Positions 1 through 7,274 of a stretch of DNA of 64,000 nt are shown one piece after another. This stretch comes from a virus (lineage: Duplodnaviria > Heunggongvirae > Uroviricota > Caudoviricetes): IMG/VR virus record IMGVR_UViG_3300047444_000299, positions 64,001 to 128,000 of that record; one strand, given 5' to 3'. The position numbers and the translations under genes were made by a program. Each line of letters opens with the position of its first letter. Position 1 is the stretch's first letter. Under the pieces are notes generated by a model. It did no database searches. It had not been told where the DNA came from and was given only the letters and a program-made list of their open reading frames with translations.

Positions 1-2
1 AA

Positions 3-638
3 ATGGCTATCTCGACAATACCTTTCGGCGGTTTTTACAATTCGATTCATGATTCTGAAATCGACAATACACTAGAGCGGATGTTTTCCGACCGGGATAC
101 TGGCAACGAACGCAATGAGGGGCTAGAACAAGCCTTCTATAGAAAGTGCGATTTTTCCGTGGTTCACCTTGACTATGCGAAAGCCTACGCCGAAGCATTC
201 GCGGATAAATTCGAAATCAAAGCCGAATTTGAATCCATGTCAAGCCCTAAAGAGTACAATTTTACAACTGACCGGATTTTTATCACGATTGCCGATAGTG
301 AGGTGGTCCGGTTGCATTCGCTTGTAAAGGCTGATGAACTCGACAAGGTAGCGAAAGAACGGTTTACCAGTTACGACGGGTTTAGTTCCTCCTATTCGAA
401 CGATGTAGGGGATTGGGGACCGGTTGCCGAATGGGATCACAACCAAATCGGCGCACTGATTCAGGCTTATGTCAATCAAGAATCAGATTCGGAATTTGAT
501 CAATATTCTGAATTGAGTTTGATGGAATCCTTTACAAGCAACGGCGGTTTAGATAGCTCGCTGGATACCGCCAACCCGGAAGCGGCTCGCCTGTACAAGA
601 TCCATGATTATCTGGAAAATCGAAAAGAACGCAAATAA
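3..638 (+). CDS. hypothetical early protein (acidic)
   Basis: 211-aa ORF at the start of the co-oriented early cluster; no recognised motif. Confidence 0.7.
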   Translation: MAISTIPFGGFYNSIHDSEIDNTLERMFSDRDTGNERNEGLEQAFYRKCDFSVVHLDYAKAYAEAFADKFEIKAEFESMSSPKEYNFTTDRIFITIADSEVVRLHSLVKADELDKVAKERFTSYDGFSSSYSNDVGDWGPVAEWDHNQIGALIQAYVNQESDSEFDQYSELSLMESFTSNGGLDSSLDTANPEAARLYKIHDYLENRKERK

Positions 639-651
639 CATCAAATAGGGG

Positions 652-679
652 TTGCATCAATTGCAGCCCCTGTTATACT
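652..679 (+). promoter_or_regulatory. early sigma70-like promoter (class 1)
   Basis: TTGCAT-16 bp-TATACT with extended -10 TG, upstream of ORF 710. Confidence 0.7.
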
Positions 680-709
680 GACCAGACCAACTAAGCAAGG
701 GGCTACAAA

Positions 710-1015
710 ATGAAACAATCCAGCTACGGCGACATAGAAAAATTCGCGGCTGAACAAGCCCAAATCTCGCCCGTACCTTGTGATTTTAAGGTCGGTGACA
801 AAGTGACCTATACCAATGAATATGGGGTAGTCTGGCCGGGTAAGGAAATTATCGGCTTTCGCGCATCGATAGACCCAGACTTTTTACCGGATCGGTTTAT
901 CTATATTGATACCGATGGTTATTGGTTCCCCAAGAAAATTTCCGAACTGAAACATGAATCAACCGGGCCTAATATCCCGGCATGTGACTACACAATCGAT
1001 ATGGATCAACACTAA
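710..1015 (+). CDS. hypothetical early protein
   Basis: 101-aa ORF with AGGGG RBS after promoter cassette. Confidence 0.75.
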   Translation: MKQSSYGDIEKFAAEQAQISPVPCDFKVGDKVTYTNEYGVVWPGKEIIGFRASIDPDFLPDRFIYIDTDGYWFPKKISELKHESTGPNIPACDYTIDMDQH

Positions 1016-1033
1016 AATAAAATCAAATAGGGG

Positions 1034-1061
1034 TTGCATCAAATACAACCCCTGCTATACT
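1034..1061 (+). promoter_or_regulatory. early promoter (class 1)
   Basis: TTGCAT-16-TATACT, extended -10. Confidence 0.7.
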
Positions 1062-1094
1062 TACCCTACACCAACCAAAACAGGGGTTTGAATC

Positions 1095-1313
1095 ATGCAA
1101 CTGCACACCGTCGCCAAGGGCTCTAAAGTCACACTAGATCATCTTTTTGATGCGTTCCGTGCAATGACCCGCGAAGCCAATACGTCTACCCTGATGCATG
1201 GTCGCGTGTTCACCATGTCGCATCCTGTGACGGGTATGTGGTTTGTGTATGCCCACGACGTTGTAACAGGCGCACAACTGGCGTGCGCGCAGTTCGATCA
1301 ATTCGACCTGTAA
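1095..1313 (+). CDS. hypothetical early protein
   Basis: 72-aa ORF with CAGGGG RBS. Confidence 0.7.
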   Translation: MQLHTVAKGSKVTLDHLFDAFRAMTREANTSTLMHGRVFTMSHPVTGMWFVYAHDVVTGAQLACAQFDQFDL

Positions 1314-1331
1314 AAATTTGATGCAAAGGGG

Positions 1332-1359
1332 TTGTATTTGATTCAACCCCTGCTATACT
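1332..1359 (+). promoter_or_regulatory. early promoter (class 1)
   Basis: TTGTAT-16-TATACT, extended -10. Confidence 0.7.
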
Positions 1360-1391
1360 TCCAACACACCAAACGAATCGAGGGTTACAAA

Positions 1392-1709
1392 ATGTCGGAA
1401 TTGATCAAACAACTAGCCGAAGGTCTGGAATTCGCAACCGCTACCCTGAACGCCAACGGTGGTCCGCATGGTCAAAAGATCCTGTCCGCTGACCCCGGCA
1501 AGGTTTGGGTGCGTATCGTCTCCACGGACGTGAATCAGGATGGTTCTGTAAGCGACCGTCGCTATTGCTGGGGCTTTATGGATCAAGAAGGCAATTTGTG
1601 GAAATCGGCGGGTTGGAAAGCCCCGGCAAAGAACAAGCCACGGGGAACGGTTGCCGACCTGTTGGACGCCAAGAAGGTCGAAAACTGGCGTTATGGTGGT
1701 ATCCAGTGA
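1392..1709 (+). CDS. conserved phage hypothetical protein
   Basis: Start MSELIKQ after GAGGG RBS; motif GNLWKSAGWKAPAKNKPRG resembles a widespread small phage protein family (G.I.K.A.WKAPAK..RG). Confidence 0.75.
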   Translation: MSELIKQLAEGLEFATATLNANGGPHGQKILSADPGKVWVRIVSTDVNQDGSVSDRRYCWGFMDQEGNLWKSAGWKAPAKNKPRGTVADLLDAKKVENWRYGGIQ

Positions 1710-1795
1710 GCCGCTGTAGTGACTGTGACGGCGTTTTGTGGTCGGATGAATCCAAACGGTTAGGGTATCACCCCGAATGCCGCCAAGACCCCTAG
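1706..1795 (+). CDS. putative 29-aa zinc-ribbon microprotein
   Basis: GTG overlaps upstream TGA; CSDC...L...ES...G.HPEC pattern; below the ORF-track cutoff in this frame. Confidence 0.4.
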   Translation: MSRCSDCDGVLWSDESKRLGYHPECRQDP

Positions 1796-1838
1796 AGGGG
1801 GATCTAGAGGACCAATTAGAACAACTTCTGACCGACGA

Positions 1839-1860
1839 AAGCCCCGACTAGGGGCTTTTT
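1839..1860 (+). terminator. rho-independent terminator
   Basis: AAGCCCC-gacta-GGGGCTT followed by T tract. Confidence 0.75.
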
Positions 1861-1891
1861 CATTTATTTTAAAATAATTGCATCAAATTGC

Positions 1892-1919
1892 TTGACCTGA
1901 CCCGAAACCATGTCATAAT
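1892..1919 (+). promoter_or_regulatory. early promoter (class 1)
   Basis: TTGACC-16-CATAAT with AT-rich UP element. Confidence 0.7.
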
Positions 1920-1982
1920 GAAACCACACAAGGCGAACGCCTTACCGCATAACCGGGCGGCTCTACCGGTGGGGATTCAATC

Positions 1983-2198
1983 ATGGCTACTCTGATCATC
2001 GGTAACGTTAATCACACAAATGAACACCTAATCAAAGGCATTGCAGGTGATGCCGGTTATGGTGGTTCGGTGCGACTGATAGACGAATGCACGCGCCGAA
2101 TTTGTCTGATGGTAGACAATGAGGATGAACGCGCCGAAGTCGAGCAAATGATAGGCCGGTATGCCCTAGCCGGGTTTGATGTAAAGGTTCAAGACTAA
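1983..2198 (+). CDS. hypothetical early protein
   Basis: 71-aa ORF with GGGGA RBS, followed by terminator. Confidence 0.7.
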   Translation: MATLIIGNVNHTNEHLIKGIAGDAGYGGSVRLIDECTRRICLMVDNEDERAEVEQMIGRYALAGFDVKVQD

Positions 2199-2246
2199 GC
2201 CCTTCGGGGCTTTTTCGTTTATTTTAAAATAATTGCATCAAATGGC

Positions 2247-2274
2247 TTGTATTGCATCAAATTAGGCGTATACT
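2247..2274 (+). promoter_or_regulatory. early promoter (class 1)
   Basis: TTGTAT-16-TATACT; upstream 44 bp nearly identical to 1851-1894. Confidence 0.7.
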
Positions 2275-2319
2275 GACCACAAGCAAAGGCAATCACGCCT
2301 AACCCAAGGGGATGCAAAC

Positions 2320-3141
2320 ATGGCAATCGCAAATTCAGAAGCAAAATACACCTTCATATCGACCGGCGACAAAGTTGCCATGTACACCTTGCGGGTTATG
2401 TGCCTTGATACCGTGCAATGGGGCGCCGAATCGTTCAAAGAAATGAACGATTATTACATTCAAAACCTGTCGAATGATAAGGCAACCGCCGAAGCTAAAG
2501 CGGTGGAAATGTCGGCATTGATGGGCCTGCCGTTCAAAGGCAACGCGGATTTTGAACTGAATGAAATTCGCCGGGTGCGTGATGCCGAAGCCACGGCCAA
2601 ACGTGAAGCCTCAGAACGTGCCTACGCCGAACGCGTGGCGGCATGGGAAGCTGAAAAGGTTGAACAAATTCAAGCCGGTGTTTTCATCCTAGGCAAGCAT
2701 ACCGGGTTAACCGCTGCCGAAGTAGCCGCGACCGATTTGGGTTATCTGTTTTGGGTTGCCCAACAAACCGACGCCACTGGCAAAATGGCGGTATGCGTGG
2801 CAATCGCTGCAAACTACATTAAAGAAACCGGCGTGGAACTTCCCGGCTATGTCGGCACCGTCGATCAACCGATTGAGCTAAGCCTGACCCTGAAACGTGT
2901 GTTTTGGACCCAATCCCAATATCCGACCCTGATGCATATCGCTCAAACCCCGGAAGGTAATGAAATTGTGTTTTTCAGCGTGGCCCAAGGGTTCAAAGAA
3001 ATTGAAGTAGGCCAGCAATTCACCATTACCGGGACCGTTAAAGAACAGCGCGAAGGCTGGGGAGGCGTCAAACAGACCGTTATCGGTAAGCCTAAGCTGC
3101 CGAAGCCAGCCAAACCGGCAAAGGTCAAGAAAGCCCCTTAA
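2320..3141 (+). CDS. hypothetical protein with GKH.G...EV...D..YL.W motif and C-terminal OB-fold-like region
   Basis: 273 aa; LGKHTGLTAAEVAATDLGYLFWV; C-terminal beta-rich ...VGQQFTITGTVKEQRE...KQTVI. Confidence 0.7.
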   Translation: MAIANSEAKYTFISTGDKVAMYTLRVMCLDTVQWGAESFKEMNDYYIQNLSNDKATAEAKAVEMSALMGLPFKGNADFELNEIRRVRDAEATAKREASERAYAERVAAWEAEKVEQIQAGVFILGKHTGLTAAEVAATDLGYLFWVAQQTDATGKMAVCVAIAANYIKETGVELPGYVGTVDQPIELSLTLKRVFWTQSQYPTLMHIAQTPEGNEIVFFSVAQGFKEIEVGQQFTITGTVKEQREGWGGVKQTVIGKPKLPKPAKPAKVKKAP

Positions 3142-3180
3142 CGGGGCTTTACCCGCTATAAATTTATTTGCATCAATCGC

Positions 3181-3209
3181 TTGACATATTGAATTGATGC
3201 TATTAGAAT
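3181..3209 (+). promoter_or_regulatory. early promoter (class 1)
   Basis: TTGACA-17-TAGAAT. Confidence 0.7.
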
Positions 3210-3236
3210 CAACCCATATTCAAAGGAGTTTCAAGA

Positions 3237-3482
3237 ATGCGAAACCTACTCAAAAAGCTGGATCTGGTAACTGATCAACAAATAGCCGAATTCGTGGATT
3301 CGATCCAACATCATCGATCTGATTGGTTCACCATTGTGACCGTTGGGGCTAACGTGAATTCGGTGCCGAACCTGAATTTTCATTGGGGTAAAGTCGCCCC
3401 GGTGGTCGGTAGTGTGGCCGAAGTTGAACACGGTTATTATCAGAAAATCGTCGCGGTTCTGGATAAGAAGGGTTCGCAATAA
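3237..3482 (+). CDS. hypothetical protein
   Basis: 81 aa, AAGGAG RBS. Confidence 0.75.
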   Translation: MRNLLKKLDLVTDQQIAEFVDSIQHHRSDWFTIVTVGANVNSVPNLNFHWGKVAPVVGSVAEVEHGYYQKIVAVLDKKGSQ

Positions 3483-3754
3483 TGAAAATGACATTAGAAC
3501 ACTTCGACAAGATCAAAGCGGCCTGTATGGATGTTTTGAAAGCCAACCCGAACGCGGCTCAAGACTACAAAAACGCCGGGTTGTCTGATAAGCGTTTCAA
3601 TTTTGACGTGTACCGGGCTGCCAAGATTGACGGCAAACCATCGTTACGCTTTACGTGTGACGTGCTGTATCCCTACCTGAATGATACCCATATCGGGACC
3701 GCGCTCAAGCTGATCATGGGCAATTCCGGCCTAGGCAAAGACGGTAAGCCTTAA
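3482..3754 (+). CDS. hypothetical protein
   Basis: 90 aa, TAATG overlap with upstream gene. Confidence 0.75.
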   Translation: MKMTLEHFDKIKAACMDVLKANPNAAQDYKNAGLSDKRFNFDVYRAAKIDGKPSLRFTCDVLYPYLNDTHIGTALKLIMGNSGLGKDGKP

Positions 3755-3792
3755 CCGCTTGACACACCGCCAAACGGTGCTAGGGTTGATTC

Positions 3793-3882
3793 TAAGCGTA
3801 CAGGATGTACGCGGCTTGCGGGAGTCCACAACCGCCAGCCATCCCTAGCCCGCAAGGCCCGGAAGCTTTGCGGGCCTTTTTA
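3793..3882 (+). ncRNA. candidate small non-coding RNA (three stem-loops)
   Basis: Promoter TTGACA-16-TAGGGT at 3759-3786; hairpins 3796-3812 and 3813-3840; terminator hairpin 3848-3875 plus T tract; no credible ORF. Confidence 0.45.
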
Positions 3883-4049
3883 TGGGTTGGATTTGTTGCA
3901 TCAAATAAGGGATTAAAGCAAATGAAATATTGTCATGATTTGTTTTTGCATTGCATCAAAACCTATGGTATATTGATACTACTCGGGACATATACCCCGT
4001 TTTTAGGGTTTGTGGTCTGGGCTGGTATCAAAAATATTTTGATCTAAAC

Positions 4050-4077
4050 TTGATCTATACAGGGAATTTGATAGAAT
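4050..4077 (+). promoter_or_regulatory. early promoter (class 1)
   Basis: TTGATC-16-TAGAAT upstream of ORF 4092. Confidence 0.55.
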
Positions 4078-4091
4078 GAAAGGTAAAGGAT

Positions 4092-4457
4092 ATGAGAGAC
4101 AAAAATTTACGACACGAACTAATCCCAGCCGAAAAACGGTTGGCCCGGATTGATGCAATTGACCGGGAACTAGAACGCCGAAGGGCCGCAAATGAAATTG
4201 ATTTGGTCGAGTATGTTGCAATCAAGCAACCCCTAACAGTCAAGCGGTTTAAAGAGTTTCGGTTAGTTGAACGGGCGATGGGTTGGAACCATTACGAAAA
4301 TATCGATGTACCCGAAAAGGTGCCGATAGTTGTGGAACCCGAACCAACCCCGGAACCCGAACCGGTGGCAATCGGCCAACGCCTGCTAGGTCTAACGGTG
4401 GTCGTTGTGTTGGTGGTCGTGATTAGTTGGGTTTGGTGTTGGTTGTCTAAGCCCTGA
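4092..4457 (+). CDS. hypothetical membrane-anchored protein
   Basis: AAGGA RBS; EP-rich linker; C-terminal hydrophobic helix LLGLTVVVVLVVVISWVWCWL. Confidence 0.7.
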   Translation: MRDKNLRHELIPAEKRLARIDAIDRELERRRAANEIDLVEYVAIKQPLTVKRFKEFRLVERAMGWNHYENIDVPEKVPIVVEPEPTPEPEPVAIGQRLLGLTVVVVLVVVISWVWCWLSKP

Positions 4458-4477
4458 AAAAATTGATGCAAAACCGC

Positions 4478-4505
4478 TTTACAACCCTGTAGGGTTTGAT
4501 ATAAT
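4478..4505 (+). promoter_or_regulatory. early promoter (class 1)
   Basis: TTTACA-16-TATAAT. Confidence 0.7.
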
Positions 4506-4537
4506 CAACTTACTAACTTATAGAAAGGATGTTCAAA

Positions 4538-5056
4538 ATGACTAATTCCACCGTTGCAACCAAACCAGTTAAAGCCAAGAAGACAACCGCGCCTAAACTA
4601 ACAACTGTCGCCCCGGCTACTAACAAGACCCCAGAAGCTGCCAAGCCAGCCCAAGCGGCCAAACGTACCCGTAAACCAGCGGCTGCTAAACCTGTCGTTG
4701 TGGCTGATCCGGTGGCCCCTGTAGCTGTTGTGCCTGTAGCTGCCCCAGTGGTCGCAACCCCTGTTAAAAAAGGCGCGGGCCGTCCGCTGTCGTCGGAAGC
4801 TGCTAAAGTCCGTCGCCGGGTTGTTGGTGCCTTTGTCAAGCTGGCGGCTGCCGGTGAAATTGAAGTAACTGTAAAGGCCACGGCCAAAACCGTTAAACTG
4901 AAAAAGTCAACAGTTTCCAACACAATTCGTTGGGCCGAAGCCGAAGGCATTTTGACCCGAATCGGTTACAAGCTGAAATCTGGCCCCGGTCGTAAAGAAG
5001 TGTTCTATACCATCAATGCCGCCATGCTTGCCGCCGAAGCTGCAAAGGCCGCGTAA
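4538..5056 (+). CDS. basic K/A/P-rich protein with C-terminal winged-helix DNA-binding domain
   Basis: Histone-H1-like low-complexity N-terminus; KKSTVSNTIRWAEAEGILTRIG...GRKEVFYTI is a wHTH-type recognition helix and wing. Confidence 0.7.
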   Translation: MTNSTVATKPVKAKKTTAPKLTTVAPATNKTPEAAKPAQAAKRTRKPAAAKPVVVADPVAPVAVVPVAAPVVATPVKKGAGRPLSSEAAKVRRRVVGAFVKLAAAGEIEVTVKATAKTVKLKKSTVSNTIRWAEAEGILTRIGYKLKSGPGRKEVFYTINAAMLAAEAAKAA

Positions 5057-5068
5057 AGGGGTTGACAA

Positions 5069-5272
5069 ATGACTGTTAAAGAAAAACCGAAAAAGCCTGT
5101 ACAAATTCGTTTGGTTGGGTTAGAGGGTAAAATTATCGGCGCCATCTTTCAAGATGCGAAAGGGTATTTTTACCGCCCCAAACGTAACAGCATCACCGTG
5201 GGGCCGTGGTCGTCAAAATGGGACGGTGACCACTACCCGACACAAAAGGAATGCGAACGAACGCTGTACTAG
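5069..5272 (+). CDS. hypothetical protein
   Basis: 67-aa ORF followed by terminator at 5291-5311. Confidence 0.65.
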   Translation: MTVKEKPKKPVQIRLVGLEGKIIGAIFQDAKGYFYRPKRNSITVGPWSSKWDGDHYPTQKECERTLY

Positions 5273-5326
5273 CCCTAGTTGACCACCCCAGCCCCTTAAC
5301 CGGGGCTTTTTATTTCTTCAAATTGC

Positions 5327-5354
5327 TTGTATTTGATGCAACCCCTGTTATACT
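5327..5354 (+). promoter_or_regulatory. early promoter (class 1)
   Basis: TTGTAT-16-TATACT; about 60 bp nearly identical to the 1332 cassette. Confidence 0.7.
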
Positions 5355-5386
5355 GCTAACACACCAAACGAAATCAGGGGTTTGAC

Positions 5387-5632
5387 ATGAAAGACTTTTC
5401 TTATATCGATCAAGGGTTGTTTACCGCATTCATACCTAACACACCAGAGGCGGAAACCGCATGGCGTGAACTGGCAACGGTAACCGAGGGAACCGGGAAA
5501 GTTCCAACTATTCAGGCGAAACAGTTTATCTATCAATTGAGGAAAGCCGGGTACACCGTAGGGAAAGCCCCGAAAGCCAAGCCCCTGACCACTGATCAAA
5601 TTGATGATATGTTAGCCGAACTGGAATCCTGA
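5387..5632 (+). CDS. hypothetical protein
   Basis: 81 aa, CAGGGG RBS, terminator at 5647-5668. Confidence 0.7.
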   Translation: MKDFSYIDQGLFTAFIPNTPEAETAWRELATVTEGTGKVPTIQAKQFIYQLRKAGYTVGKAPKAKPLTTDQIDDMLAELES

Positions 5633-5687
5633 AAAATCCAGTTGACAAGCCCCGATAAGGGGCTTTTTATTGCCTGCAAAAAAGTAT

Positions 5688-5715
5688 TTGACCTATGTTC
5701 TGATTCGTGTATAGT
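5688..5715 (+). promoter_or_regulatory. early promoter (class 1)
   Basis: TTGACC-16-TATAGT upstream of the kinase. Confidence 0.65.
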
Positions 5716-5746
5716 TCGCGCCATTCTGTTTCTAATGGCTTGCATC

Positions 5747-6403
5747 ATGAATCAAAACACAATCCTAGAACTGTTTCGCTACCATCAAGACCGCAACCTA
5801 ACCGACTACAAAGCCCTAAAGGCTAGTTTCTGGCACGGTATGGAACAAGCCGGGGCTAAGCTACTGGGGGCCGGTTGGTATTCGACTGTATGGGCTATCG
5901 GGGGCCGGGTGTTCAAGATCAATTCAGGATCGAACGGGGGCCGGGATGGTTTTGTCCATTGGGTTGATGGTATCCGGGAATATGGATCTAATCCGCATTT
6001 GCCTAGGGTTGGGGCCGTGGCGGTTGACTATGAACGCTATTGCATCGAATTAGAGCCCCTGACCCCGTTGGGATCTATCGACGCTCGGTTGATGGGTGAT
6101 AGCGGATTACATCTAATCACCGTCGATATGCTGGCGGATTATGTCCGGGGCTTGCCTGATTTGGTCGCGGCTATCGATCTGGCATACGGCATTGTGCAAC
6201 GGGTGAACCCTGAGCATGATTATGGCCCGTTCCCTGATCTGGCGTGCAAGCTGCATTGCCTTGACTTTTCGGACGGGGCCGGGTTTAGCAATTTGATGAA
6301 ACGCGGGGACATTCTTGTATTAAATGACCCGATAGCGTATAGCGCCGAATCAATCGAGCCCTATAACATCAAATTGCGGCAAAGTCTAGGTCTAGCGGCC
6401 TGA
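5747..6403 (+). CDS. Ser/Thr protein kinase, T7 gp0.7-like
   Basis: Gly loop LLGAGWYSTVW, RVFKI lysine, NPHLPRV, ELEPL, catalytic D..N segment (LDFSDGAGFSNLM) and LNDPI; collinear with recalled T7 gp0.7 motifs. Confidence 0.75.
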   Translation: MNQNTILELFRYHQDRNLTDYKALKASFWHGMEQAGAKLLGAGWYSTVWAIGGRVFKINSGSNGGRDGFVHWVDGIREYGSNPHLPRVGAVAVDYERYCIELEPLTPLGSIDARLMGDSGLHLITVDMLADYVRGLPDLVAAIDLAYGIVQRVNPEHDYGPFPDLACKLHCLDFSDGAGFSNLMKRGDILVLNDPIAYSAESIEPYNIKLRQSLGLAA

Positions 6404-6434
6404 ATCGGTTTTGAAAATAATTACATCAAACCCC

Positions 6435-6773
6435 TTGACTCTAACCGGGCAAGGGGCTATAGTTTGATTATGAGGTTGCGGGGTTGTAAACCCGGAGATA
6501 AACAGGGAGGGACGGCGAGATTTGAGTTGGCACGAATTTTGCTATGCATATACCATGCCAGAAAATATTTTGGAATTTGATGCAAATGGGGTTGCATTCT
6601 TTTTGGGGTATGCTATTCTATAGTTACTGGGGAGGCTCAGAGGAAATCACCGGGGGTGGGCGAGATTTGAGTTGGCATGAATTTTGCTTTGCAGGATTCG
6701 TGCCACTTTTCGCGAAAAATTTTCGAAAAAGTTGAAAATAGGGGTTGACAGGGGGTCGGGGACGTGCTATACT
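6435..6773 (+). promoter_or_regulatory. three tandem sigma70-like promoters with no downstream ORF
   Basis: TTGACT-17-TATAGT 6435-6463; TTGCAT-16-TATTCT 6592-6619; TTGACA-17-TATACT 6745-6773. Confidence 0.55.
6514..6688 (+). repeat. 30-bp direct repeat, 2 copies
   Basis: GGCGAGATTTGAGTTGGCAYGAATTTTGCT at 6514-6543 and 6659-6688, one mismatch. Confidence 0.9.
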
Positions 6774-7133
6774 GGGTGTGATGCCCGCGATTTGACCCAG
6801 ACGGGCAGGGGACCACCCTCCCCTCTCGATTTCGCGTTTTTCGAGAATTTTTCTCATTTGGACGTTTTTCGGGCCACCCTCCCCTATCAGATGGGATTTG
6901 TTCCGAAAATTTCTACAGAAGCCCCATGCGGGGCTAGAAGCAAGCTTCTAATCTAGACCTATTCAATCCTTCTATATAGAAGCTATAGATGTACAGGCGA
7001 GCCGTAGGCGAGTCTGTAGCCCTGCAAGGGCTTGATAGAGGCTTGGTTGGGTTTGTATATATTATCGGTTTTGGCGAATAGGCATTCAGGGTATCACACT
7101 TTTCAGCCAACCTAAACACATCCGGCAAAAAGC

Positions 7134-7232
7134 TCGACCAAAACTAGTTCGACCAAAACTAGTTCGACCGAAAAAGACCTCCACCGGCAAACGGTTCGAC
7201 CGATTTTCGACCATCTGGAAAGAAGCTCGACC
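7134..7232 (+). repeat. iteron-like TCGACC cluster (6 copies)
   Basis: TCGACC at 7134, 7149, 7164, 7196, 7207, 7227; first three form a 15-bp tandem TCGACCAAAACTAGT. Confidence 0.85.
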
Positions 7233-7239
7233 GATTCTG

Positions 7240-7268
7240 TTTGGATTCAGATTCGGTTGTGGTATCAT
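7240..7268 (+). promoter_or_regulatory. class 2 promoter (TTCTG-TTTRG type)
   Basis: TTCTG-TTTGGA-17-TATCAT; ATG lies 7 nt after the -10. Confidence 0.6.
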
Positions 7269-7274
7269 AGAAGA

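Noticed and set aside
3805-4047. 80-aa ORF from the track
   Set aside because: No RBS, runs through a strong terminator and a downstream promoter; the region is better explained as an sRNA plus regulatory DNA
6514-6688. 30-bp direct repeats as a CRISPR array
   Set aside because: Only two copies, 115 bp apart, each embedded behind its own promoter; no cas genes in the window
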